DNA of 62,766 bases, counting the filler, from a bacterium (GTDB taxonomy: Bacteria > JAMORN01), in NCBI GenBank assembly GCA_027063545.1. It is 12 parts of 12 records of this genome, joined end to end, with 100 filler letters (N's around TTAATTAATTAA, not from the genome) between each part and the next. Parts side by side here need not be neighbours in the genome. Positions count along the whole stretch, not along the records: positions 1 to 5,449 come from JAMORN010000181.1; positions 5,550 to 10,990 come from JAMORN010000182.1; 10 more parts are not named here. One strand, 5' to 3'. The position numbers were made by a program, and so were the translations under genes. How positions within the stretch are numbered: the first letter of the stretch is position 1; the number at the start of each line of letters is the position of its first letter. Shown piece by piece: positions 1 through 8,884 of this stretch. The notes beneath the pieces are model-generated. The model did no database searches, was not told the origin of the DNA, and saw only the letters and a program-made list of their open reading frames with translations.

Positions 1-186
1 AAAACTACCTGCTGCTAAAGCTGATAAAGCAACTATATCAAACTTTTCGGAAAAACCTTGATGTGCAATAACATGTCCCCCTTTATCTATTAATAAGGTA
101 CATATAGCATCTGATTCTTCTCTTAACTCTCTTAGGATATTATTTATCTTTTTTAAATCTTGTTCTCTTATTATATCCAATGACAT
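1..186 (-). CDS. mglB: MglB-type Roadblock/LC7 GTPase-activating protein, 3' end outside the window
   Basis: Not in the ORF track. Hand translation MSLDIIREQDLKKINNILRELREESDAICTLLIDKGGHVIAHQGFSEKFDIVALSALAAGSF matches the MglB pattern (LxDKxG...D..aLaaLxAG). An AAGGGAG RBS lies upstream. Confidence 0.85.
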   Translation of the reverse strand, partial: MSLDIIREQDLKKINNILRELREESDAICTLLIDKGGHVIAHQGFSEKFDIVALSALAAGSF

Positions 187-227
187 TTAGAATCTCCCTT
201 TTTCTTTATTTTAATATATTAAAATAT

Positions 228-1544
228 TTACTTTCCAGATAAAAATCCAAATAATTTTGAAAAAAATCCTTTCTTTTTCTTCTTCTTAGTAATAACAATA
301 TTCCCAGAACTAGTTTTATATTTAGATTTTAATAGATCTTGCTGAGCTGATTGGGTTGATATATCATCTTTTTTCTTTTCTTGAGTAATTTGGGCTTCTT
401 CTTTTAAATTTTGTTTAATATTTGAAATATTATTTTGTAATATTTCTTTATTACTATTACTTAATTCATCTCTAATATCAGCAGAAATATTCTCCATAGA
501 ACTATCTAATTCTATATTATCTACTTTATCAAACACTTTAGTCTCAGATAAACTAACAGATTCTAACTCTAAATCATTCTCTGTTTCCAACGAAATCTCC
601 TCTAACGAATTATTAGATGTAGATAAAGATGTTGATTCAAGATCTAACCCTATTTCCTCTTCTTCACTACCCAATGAGAATTCATCTTGCTGGGTATTAT
701 AAGAATGGGTCTCAAGTTCTATATCCTCTGATGATGTAGAAATTCTCTCTGTTGAATCTGAAGTATTATCCAAATTTATAGTTTCAAGTTCTATAGATTC
801 ATCTATATAAATAGAATTATCTTCATTTTTTATACTAATTTCTTCCATAGAAGCTTCATCTTGAGTATTATTTTTAGAACCGTTTGCTATAGTTGTTTCT
901 TCTACTTTTTCTTCTTCTAACTTTGTATCCTTAGGCGGATTTATAACTTCAACCCCATATTTTTGATGAAGATATTCTATTGTTAATTTGGAAATAACTT
1001 TTAATGTTTTAAAAACACCTTCACCTTTAATAGCTATTGCTTCAAAATCAGGAACCCCCCATAAATTCAAATCCTTTCTCATTTCCTCCACACTCATAAC
1101 ATTTGGTAAATCTCTTTTATTGTATTGAATTACTAACGGAATATCTTTAACAACCTCTAACCCCATTTCTTTTAAATTATCCTGTAAATTCTGTAAACTC
1201 TCTATATTTTCATCCCTTTTGGCAGGATCTGAATCTGCAACAAAAACAACAGCATCAACCCCTTTTAATACTAACTTTCTAGTTGCATTATAATAAACCT
1301 GTCCAGGAACTGTATACAATTGAAACTTTGTTTTAAACCCCTTTATTTCTCCTAAATCTAAAGGTAAAAAATCAAAATATAAGGTTCTATCACCATCTGT
1401 AGATAAAGAAAGCATTTGACCTTTATTAGTGTCAGGTGTTTTATCAAAAATAACTTGAAGATTTGTTGTCTTCCCACTCATTCCAGGACCATAATATACA
1501 ATCTTACAATTAATTGTTTTAGAACCATAATTGATTTGAGCCAT
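228..1544 (-). CDS. mglA: MglA-family Ras-like small GTPase with a ~240-aa acidic C-terminal extension
   Basis: KIVYYGPGMSGKTTN (G1), DRTLYFD (intrinsic Arg finger), LYTVPGQ (G3), NKRD (G4), followed by a D/E/S-rich tail ending KKKKKKGFFSKLFGFLSGK. Confidence 0.92.
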   Translation of the reverse strand: MAQINYGSKTINCKIVYYGPGMSGKTTNLQVIFDKTPDTNKGQMLSLSTDGDRTLYFDFLPLDLGEIKGFKTKFQLYTVPGQVYYNATRKLVLKGVDAVVFVADSDPAKRDENIESLQNLQDNLKEMGLEVVKDIPLVIQYNKRDLPNVMSVEEMRKDLNLWGVPDFEAIAIKGEGVFKTLKVISKLTIEYLHQKYGVEVINPPKDTKLEEEKVEETTIANGSKNNTQDEASMEEISIKNEDNSIYIDESIELETINLDNTSDSTERISTSSEDIELETHSYNTQQDEFSLGSEEEEIGLDLESTSLSTSNNSLEEISLETENDLELESVSLSETKVFDKVDNIELDSSMENISADIRDELSNSNKEILQNNISNIKQNLKEEAQITQEKKKDDISTQSAQQDLLKSKYKTSSGNIVITKKKKKKGFFSKLFGFLSGK

Positions 1545-1558
1545 AGCTATTATCCCTT

Positions 1559-1897
1559 TTATACATTTTCTAATAATTTCATTGCTTTTTTAACCTCTAT
1601 TCTTACAAGCCCCAAATTAACATTTGTCCTTGTAATAACTACTAGAAATCCTACTTTCACTCTTGATATGATTAATAACTTTGTCTCGCCCTCTATAATC
1701 ATCATTTGGAATTTTTCATTTTGAATATCCTGAAATGCCTTGTCTGATATTTCAACAATAGATGCCGATAAAGCCCCTACAAAATCAGAATCAACCTCTG
1801 TAGAAACATCCGAAACAACAAGCATACCTTCTTTGGTTACAATTAAACTTCCTATGATCCCTTTAACCCTATTTAAATTCTGTAATATTTCTTTCAT
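1559..1897 (-). CDS. Roadblock/LC7 domain protein
   Basis: 112 aa with the KGIIGSLIVTKEGMLVVS...VGALSAS...NVNLGLVRIE Roadblock pattern; adjacent to mglA. Confidence 0.85.
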   Translation of the reverse strand: MKEILQNLNRVKGIIGSLIVTKEGMLVVSDVSTEVDSDFVGALSASIVEISDKAFQDIQNEKFQMMIIEGETKLLIISRVKVGFLVVITRTNVNLGLVRIEVKKAMKLLENV

Positions 1898-1909
1898 ATC
1901 ATAAACTCC

Positions 1910-2335
1910 CTATTTTATTATTATATTGACAGCATTATTGAAAGAATTAAATATATCTATATATTTATCCATAATATTTTTCAATCTTAATCTTACCAAC
2001 TCTTCTACATTAGGAGCTGTCTTCATGATAATGATAACATATCCAATTCTTAATATTATAATATCATTATCTTTGAATTTTAATACCATCTCCTGTATCT
2101 CACCTAAATCTAAAATTTCCCCTGATTTTAAATACTCTATACTATATGCTAATAGTTTTTCTTCCTGTTCATTATAACCACTACTTGATATAAATAATCC
2201 TTCATAGGTACCTAATATAACAGTTTTTATAGCATTATAACCCATTAAATTTTCTATTATCTCATCCCATTCGTCTTTCTCTATCTCTTGATTAGCCTTT
2301 TGTTTTCTATCTTCTCCTCCAAAAAAGAATCCCAT
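1910..2335 (-). CDS. Roadblock/LC7 domain protein with N-terminal MGFFFGG extension
   Basis: AIKTVILGTYEGLFISS...LDLGEIQEMVLKF...NVEELVRLRL Roadblock-like pattern; GGAG RBS upstream. Confidence 0.68.
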   Translation of the reverse strand: MGFFFGGEDRKQKANQEIEKDEWDEIIENLMGYNAIKTVILGTYEGLFISSSGYNEQEEKLLAYSIEYLKSGEILDLGEIQEMVLKFKDNDIIILRIGYVIIIMKTAPNVEELVRLRLKNIMDKYIDIFNSFNNAVNIIIK

Positions 2336-2345
2336 CTATAAACTC

Positions 2346-3023
2346 CTATATTTCATCTAAATTTAGTTTTAATTTTAGATAATTAAGATTTAAATGTTGG
2401 GTTCCTACATAATACATGTTTATATTTTTCACACTTCTCACATATAAAATTGTTGTATTTTCATATGTTATTAATAAACTATAAATTTTTCCAATTTTTT
2501 CAACAAGTTTGTTATTAACTGAAGCAAAAAATTTTTGATTAAAATTTTCTATATAATTTTTTAAATTTTCACTTACATTATAACAAGATATTATTCTATT
2601 GGTATCATTAAAAAATACCCATCCCTTTAATATATCTTCTCCATCTACTATTTCTAAGAGTAAATTTTCTATATAAAGCCCTGATAAAATAGCAGAAGAA
2701 TTATAAGTAAGATATTCCTGTTTTAACTTTTCAATCACATCTTTAACCTCATTTGTAAGCTCAACTCCTTCAAATTTTGCTAATACCTCTTTTACTTTTT
2801 CTTTATCTTTTTGTAGTATATAAATTATTAAAAGGGCAATATAAGATATTATAGGTAACATACCTGTTGACAAATTAAATTCTAATTGCTTTATTGCTCT
2901 ATCGTATTTTCCCCTTGCAATAAGATTTTTTGCTATAAATACATTAAAAGCTTCATTTTCTGAAGCATATTTTCTTATAAAGTCATCTGAAAACAATTTT
3001 AGTATTTTTTCTCTTTCTTCCAT
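2346..3023 (-). CDS. TPR-like N-terminus plus degenerate Roadblock-like C-terminal domain
   Basis: IAKNLIARGKYDRAIKQLE is TPR-like; the C-terminal ~110 aa show a helix-strand-helix pattern ending HLNLNYLKLKL, similar to neighbouring Roadblocks. Confidence 0.45.
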   Translation of the reverse strand: MEEREKILKLFSDDFIRKYASENEAFNVFIAKNLIARGKYDRAIKQLEFNLSTGMLPIISYIALLIIYILQKDKEKVKEVLAKFEGVELTNEVKDVIEKLKQEYLTYNSSAILSGLYIENLLLEIVDGEDILKGWVFFNDTNRIISCYNVSENLKNYIENFNQKFFASVNNKLVEKIGKIYSLLITYENTTILYVRSVKNINMYYVGTQHLNLNYLKLKLNLDEI

Positions 3024-4162
3024 ACTTTCTTCACTTTTAATTGTTTTTTATCTAATATGTTCTCTTTTTCTATATCAGAAAATTTTTTCGGATATTTTAA
3101 TTTTTTTATATAAAAAATTTTAAATGCATATTCAAATTGGTCCTCATAAAACTCTTTAACATTTTTATTTAACTGTTTAGCTAAAAAGAAGCTATTATAA
3201 TCCATATTGAATAAGGTAATCTTAATATCAAATAATCTTAAAAGAGTAAGTAAAGAAAATAATACTAAAAATACAGTTGTATAAAGTATAAATATTGTTC
3301 TTTCCTTTAAACTATATACGATTTCATCTTCTAAAGTTCTATCTTCGATATCTTTTTCACCAACAACATTTAAGTAATCTTCTTCTAACAATTCTCTGAG
3401 AATTTCAAGTACTCTATATTCGCTCCAACCAGAAAATTTTATTATTTCATCAACATTATTGAAACCATTTATTTGTAAAATAACATCTCTATAAATATTT
3501 ACACCATCTGTTTCAGCAATTATAGTATCTACGTCTATATTCTCATCTTTTTCTTTATCACTCTCAGAATCATCTGAAGATTTTTTTATCTTTTTTAATA
3601 TAACCTCTTCTCTATTTTTTAATTCAAATACAAGCTTTCTATTGCTAAACATAGTATTTAAAATCTTCTTTGTATCAGAACGTCGAGCTGCTTCCATTAA
3701 AATAAAATCTGTTGAAATCCTTATATGTTCAAATGATTTTATCTCTACTCCAATATCAAATCTATATGTCCCATAATTTCTCATTAAAATCTCACATAAT
3801 AAATCCTCATAAAATCTCCTTATAAGTATAATAACTTCGTCTCTTTCTAAATAATTCCCTGTAAATAAAATCTCCTCAAATGTTGAATCATAACTTTTTG
3901 AAAACTCTTCAATTTCTTCTATAACTCTTTTAGGGAACTTCTTTTTATATAAGAGATAATTCTTTATAAAATTTAAGTTTTCAAAATATTTTCCTTTATA
4001 TCTAACAAAAACTATATCACCATTCTTAAAATGAATCTCTACTTTTTCATCATCTGAATAATCTAAATATAGAATTCCTTCCTTTTTATCTTGAGAGATA
4101 GTTTGTAAAATATTTTCTATAGGAAAATTTTCTAAATTACCACTTATAATTGTCTTAGCCAT
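2999..4162 (-). CDS. DUF4388 (PATAN-like) domain membrane protein
   Basis: ISGNLENFPIENILQTISQDKKEGILYL...IHFKNGDIV...GTYRF...LMEAARRSD; a winged-helix-like segment; one TM helix near aa 290-310. Confidence 0.8.
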   Translation of the reverse strand: MAKTIISGNLENFPIENILQTISQDKKEGILYLDYSDDEKVEIHFKNGDIVFVRYKGKYFENLNFIKNYLLYKKKFPKRVIEEIEEFSKSYDSTFEEILFTGNYLERDEVIILIRRFYEDLLCEILMRNYGTYRFDIGVEIKSFEHIRISTDFILMEAARRSDTKKILNTMFSNRKLVFELKNREEVILKKIKKSSDDSESDKEKDENIDVDTIIAETDGVNIYRDVILQINGFNNVDEIIKFSGWSEYRVLEILRELLEEDYLNVVGEKDIEDRTLEDEIVYSLKERTIFILYTTVFLVLFSLLTLLRLFDIKITLFNMDYNSFFLAKQLNKNVKEFYEDQFEYAFKIFYIKKLKYPKKFSDIEKENILDKKQLKVKKVWKKEKKY

Positions 4163-4176
4163 CTTTTTATTCCTTT

Positions 4177-5449
4177 TTAAAAGCCTATTATTTTTATATA
4201 TTTACGTCTATTTCTTAAATAATTAACTATATACACAACAAGCAATAAAATAATCACAATAAACTTTAACCAAAATTTTAATTCATATATGGGAATATAT
4301 ACACCTGTATATTCAAATCTAAAAGAAAATAATGTCCACAAGAAAACCAAGCCTGCTATCTTTACAAACGTTGTCCATTCTATTATATTCTCCAATAAGT
4401 TATAACTACCTGGTATTAAATACACTATAATTCTTCTTAAAATATACTCTACCCTCTTACTATTTTCTTTTAATTCTAATTTAAGTTTATTTTTCATTAT
4501 ATGACTTTCAACCGCCTCTATTTTTGAACCACAAATAGGGCAAAAACCATCTTCAGTTTTACATTTATAACATACTTCCATACCACAAATTTTACATCTT
4601 GTGATATATTTTTTCTTTGCTGTAAAAATGTATACAATAAACCATATTACTATAATGAGTTTTATAATAGATATAATTTGATCAAACTTTGTTTTTTCTA
4701 AATATTTTTTAAAATCGCTATATATAAAATCTAATATAAGATTCTTTGGTAATGGAATATCAAGCATAGCTGTGGGTTTATCTACACCTAAAAATTTACT
4801 TGTCAAAAAAATATAATTCTTTACAAAACTCTCCATATTTTGAATCTTACTCCAATAAGATTCAAATCCCTCTATATCAATAGACTGAGGATTAAGTTTT
4901 AATTTAGCCATATTATAATATACTTCTGGTATGAATTTTCTATTTAAAGCTTGCTTATATAACTTTTCACTTATTGTATAATTATTCAAAAAGAAATAAT
5001 CATTTGCTTTATTGGCTTCTACTTCTGGTAGTTTTTCTTCTATTGCATTTTCAAATTGATCCCATAATTTTAAAGAAGCAATATAATCTCCTCTTTTTTT
5101 CTCCTGATAAGCTAAAGCAGCCAATAATAAAGGATGTTTACTCTCCTCTAGTTTTTCCTCTATTTTTGCATAAAGATCTTCATCAAATCCGTATTGATAA
5201 CTTCTATAATATAACTGATATACCGAATCTGTTTTTAAGGGTATATAATATATATAAAGAAATTGATATACTAAAATTGTTAATAGTATAAAAATACCTG
5301 TTAATCCTAAAATTATCTTTTCATGAAGAATTATTTTTCTTGCAATTAAAACTCCAAATAAAATTATAATCCCATATATACCTAATAAATAATACAATAT
5401 TCCTAATCCTAATATACTATATATCCTGTGATATCCAATAGAAGCATTT
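4177..5449 (-). CDS. Multi-TM TPR protein with Cys-rich Zn finger, 5' partial (continues from 53595..54402)
   Basis: Frame is open to the contig end (NASIGYHRIYSILGLGIL...). TM segments, TPR-like repeats and RCKICGMEVCYKCKTEDGFCPICG are present. Confidence 0.75.
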
Positions 5450-5549
5450 NNNNNNNNNNNNNNNNNNNNNNNNNNNNNNNNNNNNNNNNNNNNTTAATTA
5501 ATTAANNNNNNNNNNNNNNNNNNNNNNNNNNNNNNNNNNNNNNNNNNNN
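5450..5549. other. Artificial contig linker
   Basis: N44-TTAATTAATTAA-N44 (stops in all six frames). Confidence 0.99.
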
Positions 5550-5892
5550 TAATAAGGAATATATAGTAATTAAAATAATGTCCTGATATATATAGAGATC
5601 GTCTGGTATTTAAAATCTTGTCTATAAAATAAAATTTTCTTATAACCTTATTCTTATTTTTAGAAAATAAATATAAAAAAATAAAAACTATTTCACAGAA
5701 AGAGACTGTAATAACACTATACTTTATAGTTTTTGTATAGATTTCATGATTAAGATTTAATATATACATAAATATCAACCATTCGCTAAAAGTAATTAAT
5801 GTAGGAAATACCATGCCTATAAGAAAAGTTGAAGTAATAGTATCCAATTTAGAATTAATTTTTCTATATAAAGTATTAAATATTCTCTCCAT
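5550..5892 (-). CDS. Hypothetical membrane protein, 3' partial
   Basis: ATG at 5892; two hydrophobic segments; runs into the gap. Confidence 0.5.
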
Positions 5893-5944
5893 AGTATTAT
5901 AATATAATTTTTATTTTCTAAAAGTTTTACTATAATTTTAGCGA

Positions 5945-7210
5945 TTAAGTTTTTAATTTTCTAGTCTTAACAGTTGGGAATAAAATATTATTAAGTATAA
6001 GTCTATATCCTGGAGAATTCTTATGATATTCAAGTCTTGTAGGTGGATCACCAACCTTATGAGCGTAATCCTCTGGATCATGCCCTCCTAAAAATGTAAA
6101 TCTACCCTTTCCAAGTTTTCCATGGAGATAATAAACCTCTCCACTATCGCCCACTCTTCCCAAAATTATTATATTAGACTTTATTACATCTGGATTAAAA
6201 CTTGTTGCTAACCCATAATAACCCTTTATTATCCTTGTATGGTTTTGAACAAGTATTGATGGTATTGGATCATATTTAGCTGAAAACTCAAACAGTTGAA
6301 AATCTCTTGCTGGTTTTCTATGGATTGTATTTACTTGATTATAATCAATATTGCCAAATGATGCCTCGTAAGGATTTAAATTTACCTTAAAATTGGTAAA
6401 AGCAAAAGTAACAGAATAATCCAACTTCTCATTTGCATCAGGATCGTATGGATCACCATCATAAACAGAGCCTGCTATATCCGTATTATGAGAGGCAAGT
6501 GCTATATCAAGTGTAACAGGTGCCAAACACATAGCAAAAAGATATCCGCCATTCTTTACATACTCTCTAATTTTAAAAGCAACTGCTTTTTTTAGATCTG
6601 TAACCTTTTTAAAACCCCATTTTTTTGCCCTCTCTTCATTCTCCTTAACCTGCTCTCTATACCATTTTGTATGGCCAAAAGCAGCATAAAATTTAGAATA
6701 CTGCCCTGTAAAATCTTCATGATGAAGATGAAGCCAATCATAGTGTTTTAATGTATCTGAAAGAATCTCATCATCGTATATCTTATCATAATCAATTCTA
6801 GCATAGGTTAAAGCAAGGGTAACAGCATCATCCCAAGGTCTTTTATCCTTTGGTGTATAAACTGCTATTTTTGGAAGTTTCTCAATCTTAAGTTTTGCCA
6901 TATTAGAGTTTTCTATTATATTCTCTATTTGGTTCTCCTCTTTATCTGAAATATCCTCATAACTAACCCCAAAATCAAGGCATAACATCTTAACCAAAGA
7001 GGCAAATTTATCTTCTACTAAAAAAGAACCTCCTCTATAGTATAAAAGCCAATAACCATATCCTCCATTTTTTAAAAGATTATACATAACCCCATAAGCC
7101 CTAAGATGATCTGTTTGGGATAAATCCATTGGAATTAAAATATAGTTTGAGAATATATTTGAAGAATATATAAATAAAAAGAAACTAATATAAACCAATA
7201 AATGCTGCAT
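5945..7210 (-). CDS. Conserved secreted class-I-GATase-like protein (family often labelled asparagine synthetase B)
   Basis: Signal peptide, then ILIPMD..Q.DHLRAYG, PWDDAVTLALTYA, WLHLHHEDFTGQYSKF, GGYLFAMC, GGHDPEDY, SPGYRLILNNILFP. Start moved to the ATG at 7210. Confidence 0.75.
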   Translation of the reverse strand: MQHLLVYISFFLFIYSSNIFSNYILIPMDLSQTDHLRAYGVMYNLLKNGGYGYWLLYYRGGSFLVEDKFASLVKMLCLDFGVSYEDISDKEENQIENIIENSNMAKLKIEKLPKIAVYTPKDKRPWDDAVTLALTYARIDYDKIYDDEILSDTLKHYDWLHLHHEDFTGQYSKFYAAFGHTKWYREQVKENEERAKKWGFKKVTDLKKAVAFKIREYVKNGGYLFAMCLAPVTLDIALASHNTDIAGSVYDGDPYDPDANEKLDYSVTFAFTNFKVNLNPYEASFGNIDYNQVNTIHRKPARDFQLFEFSAKYDPIPSILVQNHTRIIKGYYGLATSFNPDVIKSNIIILGRVGDSGEVYYLHGKLGKGRFTFLGGHDPEDYAHKVGDPPTRLEYHKNSPGYRLILNNILFPTVKTRKLKT

Positions 7211-7919
7211 TTCTTCCTGTAATCTTATCACGCCTGTAAGAATAAAATTTTTCTTTTTCTTCGTATACATCTTTTATTTTATTATAAATATTTTTATACC
7301 CAAGTTTTTCAAGTTTTTCTAAAATAACCTTATCTAAATGTAAAAATAACTTTCCAGCCTTTTTTTCTAAAAACTTTTTATCAAAAAAATTATAAAATTC
7401 CTCTCCTACCTCATAATTTTTTCCAGTTATCATAGGGCCCACATAAACATTTATATCGGAAATACTATAACCTTTTTTTATAAACAGATCTGTTATATTC
7501 TCAATAATACCTGTGGATGTACCACGCCACCCTGCATGAAGTGCTCCAATAATACTAAAATCCTTATTATAAAAAACTAAATTTCCACAATCTGCAACTG
7601 TAATAAACAAAAGAACCCCTCTTTTTGTTGTAATAATCCCATCATACTCCAATTTAAAATCTATATCTTTGATATTTACATTATTTTTATCTAAATACTC
7701 ATCTAAATCCAAAACTTTAGAAGAGTGAATCTGCTTTAAAAAAAGATAATCTTTATCCCATTTTATATACTCTAAAAAAATTCTAATATTATCAGAAATA
7801 AATGGGTCTTGAGTGTTTCTACCAAGATTTAAAGAAGAAAAACTCCCCCTACTTACCCCTCCCCTTTTTTTTGTAAAACCTGCAATAATTCTGGAGTTTT
7901 TTATATACTCTATATACAT
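7185..7919 (-). CDS. pgeF: PgeF/YfiH laccase-domain purine nucleoside phosphorylase
   Basis: SLNLG, QIHS, DGIIT, VADC, HAGWRG, GPMI, YEVG, FYSYRR. Confidence 0.93.
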   Translation of the reverse strand: MYIEYIKNSRIIAGFTKKRGGVSRGSFSSLNLGRNTQDPFISDNIRIFLEYIKWDKDYLFLKQIHSSKVLDLDEYLDKNNVNIKDIDFKLEYDGIITTKRGVLLFITVADCGNLVFYNKDFSIIGALHAGWRGTSTGIIENITDLFIKKGYSISDINVYVGPMITGKNYEVGEEFYNFFDKKFLEKKAGKLFLHLDKVILEKLEKLGYKNIYNKIKDVYEEKEKFYSYRRDKITGRNAAFIGLY

Positions 7920-7945
7920 CTAAATCTAATTATCTTTACACCTTT

Positions 7946-8875
7946 TTATTCTACATTAAAATTGCCATTTATCAAATAAATCAGAACTGCTTTTTGGGCA
8001 TGAAGTCTACATTCTGCCTCATCAAAAGCAATAGAAAACTCGCTATCTAATACATCATCTGTTATCTCCTCTCCTCTATGTGCTGGAAGACAATGGGATA
8101 CAACCACATCTGGATTTTCTGCCATCTCAACAACCTTCATATTTACCTGATAAGGAGAAAAAATCCTTTTTCTAATTTCTTTTTCCTTTTCCTGCCCCAT
8201 TGAAGCCCAAACATCTGTATATATAGCATCAGCTCCTTTTACTTTTTTAATATCATCTGTTATCTCATACCTAAAATTAGGATTAATACCTAAAGCCTCC
8301 TTTATTATATCTTCTTTTATCTCATATCCTTTTGGTACAATATGAACAAACTGCCAGTTAAAAAAACTTGAAAGCAAAAATAAAGAGTTAGCCACATTGT
8401 TTCCATCACCAACAAAAACAAGTTTAAAATCATCTTTAAGTTTATTATTCATAACAATAGCCTCATAAAAAGCAAGTGCTTGACAAGGATGATATCTATC
8501 TGTTAAAGCATTTATTACAGGAATACTACTATACTTTGCAAACTCCTCAATCCTTTCCTGCCCAAATGTTCTAATCATTACAGCATCAGCCCATCTAGAA
8601 AAATTAAGAGCAGCATCCTTTATAGATTCCCTTTCTCCAAGTTTTATCATATTCACATCCATATTAATAGCATGACCACCTAAATCATTCATTGCTATCT
8701 CAAATGTTGTTCTTGTTCTTAATGAACTCTTTTCAAATATCATTATAAGGTTCTTTCTGTATAAGGTATTTAAAACCTTTCCTTCTTTTTTATAAATTCT
8801 TAGTTTTTCTGCTAACTTTATTATGTTATTTATCTCTTCTTTTGTTAAATCCTTTAATGATAAAAGATGCTTCAT
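7946..8875 (-). CDS. argF: Ornithine carbamoyltransferase
   Basis: FEKSSLRT, NALTDRYHPCQ, GDGNNV, TDVWASMGQE, HCLPAHRGEE. Confidence 0.92.
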   Translation of the reverse strand: MKHLLSLKDLTKEEINNIIKLAEKLRIYKKEGKVLNTLYRKNLIMIFEKSSLRTRTTFEIAMNDLGGHAINMDVNMIKLGERESIKDAALNFSRWADAVMIRTFGQERIEEFAKYSSIPVINALTDRYHPCQALAFYEAIVMNNKLKDDFKLVFVGDGNNVANSLFLLSSFFNWQFVHIVPKGYEIKEDIIKEALGINPNFRYEITDDIKKVKGADAIYTDVWASMGQEKEKEIRKRIFSPYQVNMKVVEMAENPDVVVSHCLPAHRGEEITDDVLDSEFSIAFDEAECRLHAQKAVLIYLINGNFNVE

Positions 8876-8884
8876 AACATCCTC

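Noticed and set aside
207-226. Perfect 20-bp palindrome TATTTTAATATATTAAAATA between mglA and mglB
   Set aside because: A/T only in a very AT-rich genome and seen once; cannot be separated from chance.
8410-8740. ArgF variants SLRT and HPCQALAF suggesting an acetylornithine transcarbamylase
   Set aside because: SMG and HCLP motifs are intact, which supports an ordinary OTCase.
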